Positions 1 through 10,898 are shown, counted from the stretch's first letter. The stretch: DNA of 64,000 bases from Basidiobolus meristosporus CBS 931.73 (GCA_002104905.1 MCFE01000333.1:1-64000), one strand, 5' to 3'. Program-made: numbers and translations. The notes: generated from the sequence alone by a model not told the origin.

Positions 1-8
1 ACAAATAA

Positions 9-1100
9 ATGCATTGGCATAACCTGCTGGGATACGCTGCAGAGAAACGGCTTTACTATCTGATCAATCACGGAAGCTCGCCCGACGGTATCAAACACCC
101 TCCCCTCCGACCCCTCAACATCGAAAGAGACTTCTATACCATTATGAAGCAAGCCAACGAACGTATGGCCCGTCAGTGTCCACTCGATGCAAGCCGCTTG
201 GCCATGTATCAAAGTCCAGGAGACGTGTTCCAGTCAGACAAACAAACAAAATCCCACCAGTATTCAGACCAAGTTCAGAACGTGGTTTACGAGGCCCGGA
301 GAAATGCCCTCCATGCCTTGGCCGAGGGACTCCAGAATGGCACGGACCATATTGAGACCATGTTGCTTATTGACGTCTCCGGCTCGATGGGTTGGAACCC
401 TCATCAAGGCGTCACAGGCCCCGACGGCGTTGTTCGTTATCATGATCAACCTCCCAACATATGTCTTGTGGAGCACCTTGTCCACCGTGTCCTGAATCAC
501 ATGATCCCCCGCGCGCAACGAGAGCATCCTAACCAAGTCGGGATTGATACTGTCACATTCTCTAGAGCAGGCCGCTATATTGGTCAGTTATCTGCCAAGA
601 ATTTCCAACGAGATTGGAGAAATGGTATCTCCATCGGAGGTGGCACCCAAGTCATGCAAGGCTGGCAGGTAGTCAAGGAGACATACTTTCAGCATCAGAA
701 CAAGAACTATGGACACGGACGATATGATAGCGTCTATGGTTGGCAGCCTACACCCGGGATGCCGAAATTGTCCCTTCTTGTGTTTCTAGACGGTGAGGCC
801 ACAGATATGGACGAATTTGAACTGGAGCTTCTTGGCGAGACTTGGGCGTATGTCACGGTCGTGTTGGTCGGAATGGAAAACTGTCCCCACCATCATGCCC
901 ATGCTATCGAGCTGGAACGTGTGGCGAGATTCAATCCGCATATTGGCTTCTTTGATGTCCATGGGCGTGTCTGCGAGCGTATGGTTGTGGAAGAATTGTT
1001 GGCTTCAGTGTATCCCGTGGATCCACCCAAATACGATGAAATATTGAGGCCAGAGTTTGACTTACCGGCTGATGCCCCTCCAGTGTATTCAGCTTTGTAA
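9..1100 (+). CDS. von Willebrand factor type A (VWA) domain protein, 363 aa, single exon
   Basis: Uninterrupted ORF. It has a MIDAS motif LLIDVSGSM (DxSxS), then TVTFS, GGGT, LLVFLDGEATD and VTVVLVG in the order expected for a VWA Rossmann fold. CpG content is normal, unlike the rest of the window, and the ATG has an A-rich context. Confidence 0.85.
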   Translation: MHWHNLLGYAAEKRLYYLINHGSSPDGIKHPPLRPLNIERDFYTIMKQANERMARQCPLDASRLAMYQSPGDVFQSDKQTKSHQYSDQVQNVVYEARRNALHALAEGLQNGTDHIETMLLIDVSGSMGWNPHQGVTGPDGVVRYHDQPPNICLVEHLVHRVLNHMIPRAQREHPNQVGIDTVTFSRAGRYIGQLSAKNFQRDWRNGISIGGGTQVMQGWQVVKETYFQHQNKNYGHGRYDSVYGWQPTPGMPKLSLLVFLDGEATDMDEFELELLGETWAYVTVVLVGMENCPHHHAHAIELERVARFNPHIGFFDVHGRVCERMVVEELLASVYPVDPPKYDEILRPEFDLPADAPPVYSAL

Positions 1101-1310
1101 ACAATAAACCTCTCGTTGAGTATACTAGCTGGTAACAACCTGCTGGCCCTTCTTGGCGATGCTGACATGAAGATGGTCCATTTTTTGTTGGGAGGTGATG
1201 CTTGGTGTCTAATTGGAAGTGATTCGGAGGACTGGAGGATATGTGTGGCAGTCACTTTGCTCACATAAAGAGCTTGTGTCAAGGATATCTCAAAAGGTTC
1301 ACAGGAAGCT

Positions 1311-1564
1311 ATGTTCAAATTTTGTACCTAACCCTTGCTTCTTCCCTAACCCTTATCACCTGCTTTCTGTGGGCTACCGAGGCTCTACCAACATTCGATA
1401 AACAGCAGCCTTGGGGTAAACGTGTTTATTCTTGCATGGTCTTTAATACTCCTGCCGAAGGTGCTCGTTTGAAGCCTGGCCGGACTGTTACTCTTGCTCG
1501 GGAGCTGGGTGAGGATTGTGGCCTTGGTGGCGCTGCTCATGACTTTCACAAAGAATACATATGA
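1311..1564 (+). pseudogene. Probable small secreted protein gene with a 1-bp frameshift near the start, likely 3'-truncated by a TE
   Basis: Adding one T to the T4 run after ATG TTC AAA gives MFKFLYLTLASSLTLITCFLWATEA-LPTFDKQQPWGKR-VYSCMVFNTPAEGARLKPGRTVTLA. This reads as signal peptide, KR dibasic site and a P..G....G..V.L start typical of Ig-like secreted fungal domains. CpGs are retained here and disappear after about 1560. Confidence 0.45.
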
Positions 1565-3120
1565 AAACCTGAAGGAAAAGCACCAGGGGAATGCCAGCAG
1601 AATGCTATTAGAATACTCCTAGAATACTGCCAAATAGTCAGTTGAGTTCCAAGTATTAGATTTTTCATAGTGCAATGGGCTATCCCAAAATAGAGAGCTT
1701 GTGGCTGTGAGGTATTGATGCTATTGGGAGACTGTACAAAAGCCACCAAGGAGAAGCTGTACCCTGAGCTTCCAAGAGCACTTGGTCAAATTTTTCTGGA
1801 TTAACAAGCTCATTTGACTTTCCCTGTGAAAAATAGTTGCAATGATCCTGTCAAAGTGCCATCACAAAATTACAATCCCATGACTAAGAGGTATTGATCC
1901 CATCAAGACACCATGCAAAGACTGTTAAAAATTTGCACCCTAGATTTCATCCAAAACTTGGTTGAAATATTTCATCACAACAATACATAAGTGCCTTTTG
2001 ATTGGTTTTCTGCCAATTCTCTCACTTTCTGATCCTGGACACTCAATCAACTCCTGTGTCTGTGTACATGGATTGGCTATTGCTACTTTTTCACACTCTT
2101 TACTTCCTGACTCAACTGAGGCTCTTACTTTACATGCATACAAATTGGTTTCTTTGTATGGAAACTTCAGTTTTAACTCAGTTACCAATTGTACTGACCT
2201 ATAGAAGTCCCTATACCCAACACTGACATTAAGCCCAAGCTAACGCTGAGTAAGTAACTCCATTAAAATCCACCATTCAATTAGTGCCTCTGCTAAAACT
2301 CCCATTTTCCATGACTCAAGTGGGAACCCTGAAGCTTTATGCCATTGTTCATTCACAGGTTTGCATATGTCCTGGTCTTCAGCCAGCACTGCAAAGTCTA
2401 GCACCTCATCTGCCAGTCCTTGCAATATATCCTTGCAGTATTCAATTATGTTTTCTGGAGCACTGTCCTTGAAGTAGTGCTGCAGCCTTTTGCTGCACCT
2501 GTTGTTGCCCCAAAATTCCACTGTAGGTATTGTGAAAGTCTTCTAAGTTCTTGATATTGTTACTTTGTCTGTGGGATTACCACTCTGTCTTCAATGGAGG
2601 ACATGGAGGCTGTGGTAGACAACTTGCCTTTCACTGCAAACTTATCCACCTCACTGGAGAGTAGTTCAACTGGCTGCACCTCCAACTCTTGAGAAAATAG
2701 ATGTTGTCTTCTTTGTAACTTTTAATGACTATTATGAGATTCTGCCTGTTCTCAGCTGACAATGTTGATTGGTGAGAACCAAAACTTTTTTCTAATGCTT
2801 GCCTGTCCCTGCCTTTGGTAGACTTTTCCCATTCATTGCTTTTTGACTGAGTGCTTCTTGTGTGGTGGTACATTTTCTATGGGATTCAGCCTGCTCTAGG
2901 TTGACAGTGTTTTTTGCTGAGAACTATTGCACTTTCTTACACATCCCTGTCTCTGGCTTTGGTAGACTGCTTTCCCTTTACCTTTCCCTTTATCACTGCC
3001 AGGTCTTTGATTGCTACTCTGTATGAGTGCCTCCTGTATTGAACTATGTTTTATCTTTGATTGATGATGCACTGATGCAACTATATACACCTGCTTGTCT
3101 CTTACCAGCACATTTCTGAC
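1560..3120 (-). mobile_element. Degenerate CACTA-family arm: downstream segment X (~1560-2240) plus C-terminal half of accessory gene Y (2240-3120, continuing at 8163-8690)
   Basis: Homologous in reverse to 46680-47292 plus 52236-52300, and to 18100-19000. The motif QHYFKDSAPENIIEYCKDILQGLADEVLDFA matches QHFFKSSAQENAPEYYKKLLQKLADEVLDLA at 18107-18334. Confidence 0.6.
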
Positions 3121-3397
3121 TGTTGTAAAAATTTGTAATTCCACCTAAATATTCACCTAACTTAGTCACTTAGATCATTACCTTCAAATCCCAGAGAATA
3201 CTGACCAAATTTCTTGTTGGGATTTACTTAGAATATTTTCACCAAAATACCAGGTACCCAAAACATGAAAATTCTTAAAGTTGTCCAAACAGCCCCAAAC
3301 TTTGCACACATGTTCTTGGGACCTTCCTTATTCTATTCTACATGTTTGTTATGCCAAGACCATGTAAAAGTATAAATACTACTTTTACCCTCATAAA

Positions 3398-3747
3398 TGT
3401 TGTAAGAGTCTTGGAGATATTGGAAGTGATTTGGAGAACAAGTAGATTATGTGGTTTTCACTTAATGATTTATTGAATGTAAAAGTGGTATTTATACTTT
3501 TACCTGATCTTGGCATTACAAACACGTAGAATAGGTTAAGGAAGGTCCCAAGAACATGTGTGCAAAGTTTGGGGCTGTTTGGACAACTTTGAGAATTTTC
3601 ATGTTCTGGGTACCTGTTATTTTGGTGAAAATATTCTAAGTAAATCCCGACAAGGAATTTGGTCAGTATTCTCTAGGATTTAAAGGTGATGATCTAAGTG
3701 ACTAAGTTAGGTGAATATTTAGGTGGAAAATACAAATTTTTACAACA
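3398..3747 (-). repeat. 3' LTR of the copia element
   Basis: TGTTGTAAGAG...TTTTTACAACA, adjacent to the PPT (CTCCCACTCAG at 3748-3758, i.e. TGAGTGGGAG on the minus strand). Confidence 0.95.
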
Positions 3748-3758
3748 CTCCCACTCAG

Positions 3759-6700
3759 CTAAATGTTCATACTGACTAGTCCTAATTTTGACCTAAGATA
3801 TTCAAACTTGTCTCTTGCTAATGGTTTGGTAAATATGTCTGCAATCATTTCATCTGTAGGACAGTAAACTAAGCTAACTAAGTTATTCTCTATAGCTTCT
3901 TGTATGAAATGATGTCTAATATCTATGTGCTTGGTTCTAGCATGAAAAGTTGGATTTCTACCTAATTGTATACATCCTTGATTATCTTGAAATAAAGTAA
4001 TAGGCGTTTTTTGACATAGGCCTAAATCTGTAAACAGCTTTCTTAACCACATTGCTTCTTTTGTAGCTTCACAGGCTGCCATATACTCTGCCTCTGTAGT
4101 AGAAAGTGCTACAGTTGGTTGCTTTCTTGAATTCCATGAAATTGCTCCTTTACAGTAAAGAAAGGTGTATCCTGTGGTGGATCTTCTGTCTTCTAAATTT
4201 TGTCCCCAATCAGCATCAGAGTATCCCGCAAGATCCTGTTCTGAATCCTTATAAGTGTATCTTAAGCAGATATCAGCAGTTCCTTTTAGGTATCTAAAAA
4301 TCCGCTTAACTGCTGCAATATGATCAGATCCATAATTCTGATTATGTTGGCTGACAACTCCCACTGAATATGAGATATCTGGACGTGTTCCAAGCATGAT
4401 ATACATCAGACTGCCAACCATAGATTGATAAGGAAAGTCAGGGCTTTCAGATGGCACCAAGCTCTCTTGATTTGGTTGAGTTTTGACCAAGTTAAGGTTT
4501 GTCTCCATTGGGGTAGCTGCTGGTTTACAGTCCTCCATTTTGTACTTCTTTAGTATATCTTAAATATACTTGGATTGGCTTAGGGTAATAGTCTGGGTAC
4601 TTCTGTCTATGGAGAACTTAATCCCTAAGTAGTAACTGAGTTCTCCTAGATCGGACATCTTGAACTCCTTAGATAGGCTGGATTTAGTCTCTTCCAATGT
4701 TTCTAGGTTATTGGCGGCTATAATAAGATCATCCACATATAGAGCTAATAGAACTGGATTTGCTCTATCTGGCTTATAGTATATACTATAGTCAGCATTA
4801 CTCCTTTTGAAACTCAAAGATTCCAAATAAGAATCTATCTTGCAATTCCAGGCTCTTGGTGATTGTTTGAGACCATATAGTGACTTTTTAAGCTTGCAGA
4901 CCAAATGGGGGTTATCTTGGTCAACAAACCCATCAGGCTGGTCCATATACACGTCCTCATCAAGTTCTCCATTCAAAAATGCAGTTTTTACATCCATTTG
5001 ATGAATAAAAAACTTATATTTGGCTGCAATAGCCAATATTAATCTGATGGAATTAAACTTGGCTACCGGTGCAAAGGCCTCAGTATAGTCAAGTCCTTTT
5101 GTTTGAGAGTATCCTTTGGCTACAAGTCTTGCTTTGTATCTTTCAATTGTACCATCAGCCTTGTATTTTGTCTTGAAGACCCATCTGCATCCAATTGATT
5201 TTCGGTTGATTGGTAATTTGACTAAGTCCCAAGTTTGATTTTCCATCAGGGCCTGATATTCCTCAGTCATTGCAGATCTCCAAAACTTTGTCTGAGAGCT
5301 ATTTAGGGCCTCTTTTACAGTCTGGGGTTCATCAATATTTACTGAATAGGCATAGGCTAAGTTTGAACCCTCATTAATATAGTAATTTGGGCTATTTCTT
5401 GTCCGATTTGATCTCCGGGCATTTGATACTGGAATGATCACTTCTGGGATATTCCTGGGCACTGATTCTGGCTGAACCATGGTTGTAGAGTCCTCTGGAG
5501 TGAAAAAATTTTCATTGTTTTGCTCTGATTCAATCCTGACAATTGGTGGACTTGAGATCAAATTTTCGTCATCATCTGATGTCATTTTTTGTGAAAATTT
5601 TGAATTTTCATCAAACAACACATCCCTGGACTTGATAAGCTTCTTTGCTTTGGTATTGTAGAGTCTGTATGCCTTACTCTCATTGCAGTAGCCCAAAAAT
5701 ATGCATTTTACACTTTTTGGCTCAAATTTTGACTGATTTCCGGCCAGTTTTTTGGCATATGCTGTGCACCCAAATATTCTTAGATGATCTGCACTTGGTC
5801 TGTATCCATACCATGCTTCAAATGGAGTAGAATCACAAAGTATTCTGTTATAACTCCTATTTTTAAGATATACAGCAGTGGCAACTGATTCCACCCAAAA
5901 ATCATAGGATAATTTTTGATCATGGATCATAGAGCTTGCCATATCAATTATTGATCTGTTAGCTTGTTCTGCTACTCCATTTTGCTGTGGGGAGTATGGT
6001 ACAGTAGTCTCTTGCTTTATCCCATGAATTTTGCAGAAGTGGATGAAGAGTTTTGAGGTATATTCTCCACCATTGTCAGAGCGTATTTTCTTGATTTTTT
6101 CACCAGTTTCTCTCTCCACCATGGCTTTAAACTCCCTGAGCTTAGACAGAGCTTCTTCCTTTCTCTCCATGAAGTAGACCCATGTGTATCTTGTATAATC
6201 ATCAAAAAAGTGATCAAATACTTCATCCCACCTAAGGATAAATTTTGCATAGGTCCACACAGATCTGAGTGAATTAGATCTAATTTTTTCTTAGTTTTGA
6301 TTAACCCAGAGCTCTTGAACAGTTGTCTGGCTTGTTTCCCATATATGCAGGCCTCACAGTGCTCCAAATTAGCTGGGGGATCAATTTTCACTCCAGAAAT
6401 TAGCTGATCTTTGACCACTTTACGCAAATAATCAAAATTGATGTGTCCAAATCTCCTGTGCCAAAGCATTGGTGTTTCTTCATTTAAGTTACTTAAATTG
6501 GCTTCCAGATATGATGGAATATAAGTCAACTTGTATAGATTCTGATCTCTGATGCCTGAAGCAATATGGGCACCATTTTGATCAGTGATCCTGCATCCAG
6601 AATTGTCAAAACTGAAACTGAGTCCTTTTGCTTTGGCCTTGCTTACAGAGAGTAGGTTCTTGGCAATTTCTGGCACATAGAGTACTTCTTTAAAGGTCAG

Positions 6701-7702
6701 TGTATGGCTTCCTTCACTGCTTCTAAGGTTTACTTGGATAGTTCCTTCTCCCACTGCATCAAGTGTTCTATCGTCACCCATGAAAACCTTCTTAATTGGA
6801 ATTTCTTGATATTGGGTAAAAAGTTCTTTTTGGTGTGTAAAGTGTTGAGAAGCTCCAGAGTCAATATACCACGTCTGAGAATCCTTGTTTGTGGTCATAT
6901 TTAGTGCAGATGTGAATAGTCTATCTTCAGTTGTTGCAGCATTTCCATATTCAGGCTTCTTTTGCTGATTATCTTTCTTTTTGAGACACCGGTCTGATGT
7001 GTGTCCTTTCCTTTTGCAGTAGTTACAAAACAGGTTGCTGTTGTCTTTGTAGGGTCTTGGGTATCTCCTTTGTTGGCTATCATTGCTTATTAAAGCATTT
7101 TCTTCTTCCTTCTTATTAGCGCTTGATTTTCTTAATTCTTCATCCAGGAGCCTTCCCTATATGTAACTTAAGGTCATATCTTCAGTTCTGGACTCTAGGG
7201 CTGATACAAGGCCCTGAAACTCGTCTGTCAGGCTATTCAGGATGGTAACTATCACATCCTCATCAGTAGTTGGTACGCCCACAGATTCCATCTCATCTAC
7301 CAGCAGGGTAATTCTGTTAATTAGATTTTTCATTTCTTCTCCTGGCAGCATCTTTGTAGTAAAGAATTTTCGTCTCAGATACATTTTCTTGGCAGCTGAA
7401 CATGACTAGTAGGTGTCTTCCAATGCTTTCTAGGCATTCCTTGCCGTTTTTGCTCTTGAGCATTGAATTAGCAATTTGTCCTTGACATTAAGGCAAATGC
7501 AGTTAAAGGCACTTTGCTCTTTCTTCTGGTACTTTAAGGCTTCCTCTCCCACGTTTTTAGGAGGGCATTCTTCTCCCATGACAATATCCCAAAGGCCTCT
7601 TTCTTGTAGCAGCATCTTCATCTTCACCTTCCACACTTGGTAGTTAGAGCCATCCAACTTTTCAGCAGAGGGAAAAATTCCAGTAATAGCAGTAGTAGAC
7701 AT
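3759..7702 (-). pseudogene. Copia gag-pol polyprotein with a few stops and frameshifts
   Basis: Gag LDGSNYQVWKVKMKMLL, CCHC knuckle, protease WYIDSGASQH, integrase LWHRRFGH...CEAC...HSDLCGP...RSDNGGEY, RT HQMDVKTAFLNG and LYVDDL, RNase H GYSDADW...TRKHIDIR-like. Confidence 0.95.
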
Positions 7703-7718
7703 TGCAGAGTGACAGCTC

Positions 7719-7731
7719 GGGCCTCATAACC
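7719..7731 (-). promoter_or_regulatory. Primer-binding site of half-tRNA(iMet) type
   Basis: Minus strand reads GGTTATGAGGCCC directly after the 5' LTR. A GGTTATGAGCCC-like motif sits at the same position in four other copia copies. Confidence 0.7.
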
Positions 7732-8081
7732 TGTTGTAAGAGTCTTGGAGATATTGGGAGTGATTTGGAGAACAAGTAGATTATGTGGTTTTCACTTGAT
7801 GATTTATTGAATGTAAAAGTGGTATTTATACTTTTACCTGGTCTTGGCATTACAAACACGTAGAATAGGTTAAGGAAGGTCCCAAGAACATATGTGCAAA
7901 GTTTGGGGCTGTTTGGACAACTTTGAGAATTTTCATGTTCTGGGTACCTGTTATTTTGGTGAAAATATTCTAAGTAAATCCCGACAAGGAAATTGGTCAG
8001 TATTCTCTAGGATTTAAAGGTGATGATCCAAGTGACTAAGTTAGGTGAATATTTAGGTGGAAAATACAAATTTTTACAGCA
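7732..8081 (-). repeat. 5' LTR of the copia element
   Basis: 343/350 identical to 3398-3747 by manual comparison. Confidence 0.95.
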
Positions 8082-8162
8082 ATAAAATCATAAAGTGAAA
8101 CCACATAATATACTTGTCCTCTCAATCACTTCCAATATCTCCAAGACTCTTATAACACTGAC

Positions 8163-8690
8163 AACCTGGCATTTCTTTGCCACTTGTTTTGAGCTTTTGG
8201 CCTGGCTTACAATGGGCTTGTAAGGAGGCTGCTTGCTTTTAGCCATGTCACCCTTGTTCTTCTGCTTTTAGTAGTTTCTGCTATTTTTGAGATACTTTCT
8301 CAGCTTGCTAATGCTGGCCCAAAATCCATTTACTTGCTTGAATCCCACAAAATGCTCATGGAACAGATATAGTGCATTCTGCTTGACCTTGTGTTCCTAT
8401 TGGTCCCATGGTGTGCCAGCCTTATAGTGATGGCATGCTAGACCTCTTAAGGCCTCCTTAATATAAGCCCACTTTTCATCATTGAACTCAATGGCTTCAC
8501 CAATCCTCAGTGATTTGATACACTTAGGCTTTGTCATGGGGATTGCAATCTCTCCCTTATATACTGTGATAGGTTTTTCAGTAGGCTTTATCATTAGGCA
8601 CTTTTATTGTGCTTCAAAGACTTTACAGTGTTCCTCTGCTACTATATTGGGAAATGGCCCAATACTTGGATGAGATATCAAGCTGCTTAA
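8163..8690 (-). mobile_element. Accessory gene Y fragment (continuation of 2240-3120)
   Basis: IKPTEKPITVYKGE...EAIEFNDEKWAYIKEALRGLACHHYKAGTPWDQ matches the copies at 17696, 19377 and 63000. Confidence 0.65.
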
Positions 8691-8699
8691 GCTCCTTCT

Positions 8700-10860
8700 T
8701 TGCTGTAAAGATACTGTCCCTATGAAAAATAATATGGCTCTGCAGGTGAGTTAGTTCCCAATCAGTATCAGGATCCCACAATGAGTCTGTCATCATGCCA
8801 GCAGCTTCAAATTATTGACCCTCCACACCATCTATGACAGGATTGTGATGTTGTTTTGCTGATTTACTGCCAAATTAAGCAAGATGAAGTAGAAATGAAT
8901 ACAGTGGTGGCAGAGATCTACACATTTTGCTATATACAGGTAGTATAGACACTCAAATCCTGTCACAAACTCCTTGTATAAAAGCTGTAGATGCGTCAAG
9001 GTGGCATTGGTGCTCTGCTGCTGAATAAATATGCCTACAATGTCAAAATATGACACCCAATGCTTCCTATGTACTCTTAGCATATATGGCCTCAGAAGGC
9101 CACTTGAATAAATACATAAGTAGTATCCAGTTGGAAAGCATACAAGGTTCATCCAGTATTGGATACAGGTAGTTATCCAGGTGGGACAGTTACTTAGGCC
9201 CAGATACCAGTAAGATTACCATCTGATATCTGCTCTGATACTGTAAGATAGGTGGCTGATTCAGGTTGATGAGAATCAGCTGCTAGCAAGATTTACTGGC
9301 AGAGTAGCTGTAGGATAAGAATCCATCAAGTGCAAAGGCAAAGACATGATCATACATACCTTCAGAGTAGCCCTTACTTCTTTGTTGTTTGTAATGTTTC
9401 CATTGAGTCCATTTGAAATGTTTGCATTTGATTGATACTGAGTGTGGTACTTTATAGCTTCAAAATATTTGCTGGACTGCATGAGCTTCTTTAGACAGGG
9501 TATTACTAGAACATATCTGGAGTGTAAACAATGCTTTCCTCTTATGGTGGCTGATTCCTGACAAGTTGGAAACCTTTCAATAGTGGCATTTGTGATGCAA
9601 ATGCCATGCAATTATTAGTACATGTGGGTATCAGGGCAGTCCATGGGTCAAATGTTGCCAGCCACATGATGGTTGACCATTTGTACCATGTACATGGTAA
9701 GTTGCATCTGGGAATGATTTTAGCAAGAAGTAGGAGTAAATCTGCAGAGCGCCTATTACTGATATTAGTGGGAACACACCACTTCTCTAGCCACAACATT
9801 GCAACACTCACCAGTAGATGTATTTCTTGGCTCACTTGACTCCATAAAGTATCCTTGGCATTTTATTCCATTGCAGTTGTCATATTGCATATTGTGATTT
9901 TGCCAGGCTCATGCAAGGCTCTATTGTTAGGGAAGATAGGCTCACAATCCATCAGTGTGCCATCTTCTTCAGAGCTATCACTCTGAGTGCCATATTCAGA
10001 AGGCTGAGGTGAGCCTAAAGTTGTCACAAACTCACCTGACTCAGTTTGTGCAAGGTGACAAGTACAGCTAGGTGCCTTTGTAAAAGTATCAAGTAGCCAG
10101 CAAGATATTGTGGGTACAGTAGTGATTGATGAATGATCAAATATGACTTGTGTGGCAAAACTCTGGCTGTGATCATTTTAATACTTCATATGCTGTCTGC
10201 ATGCTTTATGACTGACAGGCTTGTTACATTAGCCACTTGGTCTTTTTCTCTTCTTTTACAGCATTTAATCATAGTAATCTTCTTCATGGGGCAAACAATT
10301 TGACACACAATAATGTGACACTGTTACATCACTTTTTTGTCCATACTCATGTGAGTTTAAGACTATCTTTTATTTAAGACAATGAACCTACACAAATGTC
10401 ATGTTCAATGATGACCTGCTATGGTAAGCATTATGAATACAGTTGTGGCACCACATACACACTTATATGTAATACTATTTCCCCTTTGGTTGGACTCACT
10501 TCTTGATATATGCTGCCAAAAAATAAAACAAAGCCATCTGGTCCCCAACCAAGCCCCACTACTGACAGCAGCAGCATTGGTTGGATAACAGCTTGCTTTG
10601 ACATTTGGCACAACAAGCAAAGCTACATCCAAAAAAGGCAAGATTGACAGTGTGCCCACTGAAGATAATAATGTGGACTCCTCAGGCTCTTAGTAAAGTA
10701 GAAAAATAAGAATCTCTGCAGAGCTGTAAGCTGACCCTAATACCCAGGAAGATGAGAATGCAGTAAACATAGTACCTTTGGCTGAAAACCAGTATGTGGC
10801 CTTCATGATATCACTACTACCCATATTAGCAAGTATGTTGTCAGCTCATACCATAGCATT
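8700..10860 (-). mobile_element. CACTA/EnSpm fragment: internally deleted transposase (-, ~8700-10090), spacer, and N-terminus of gene Y (+, ~10520-10860)
   Basis: Tnp2-type motifs FVTGFECLYY...VDLCHHCIH and DP.TALIP.C.N.CMAF...CPTC. 10100-10860 matches the reverse complement of 54330-55080. Confidence 0.75.
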
Positions 10861-10898
10861 AGACTTGTTCCATTGTACTGTGCCAGGGCATTTGGTGC

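Larger units (their letters stand above)
3398..8081 (-). mobile_element. Full-length Ty1/copia LTR retrotransposon (4684 bp), recently inactivated
   Basis: Two 350-bp LTRs (3398-3747, 7732-8081) with 7 mismatches, TSD ATAAA (3393-3397, 8082-8086), PBS and PPT present, and gag-PR-IN-RT-RH domain order. Confidence 0.97.
3121..8157 (+). repeat. Copia solo LTR (3121-3397 + 8087-8157), split by the younger copia insertion
   Basis: Termini TGTTGTAAAAA...CTCTTATAACA with an exact 5-bp TSD CTGAC at 3116-3120 and 8158-8162. It is the reverse complement of the LTRs at 3398 and 7732. Confidence 0.9.

Noticed and set aside
1329-1355. Two CCTAACCCT telomere-like motifs
   Set aside because: Only two separated copies, falling within the Leu-Thr-Leu codons of the putative signal peptide.
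10864-10898. TAGACTTGTTCC as another foldback MITE start
   Set aside because: Similarity fades after about 12 bp and no matching right end was found beyond the LTR-Z insertion.
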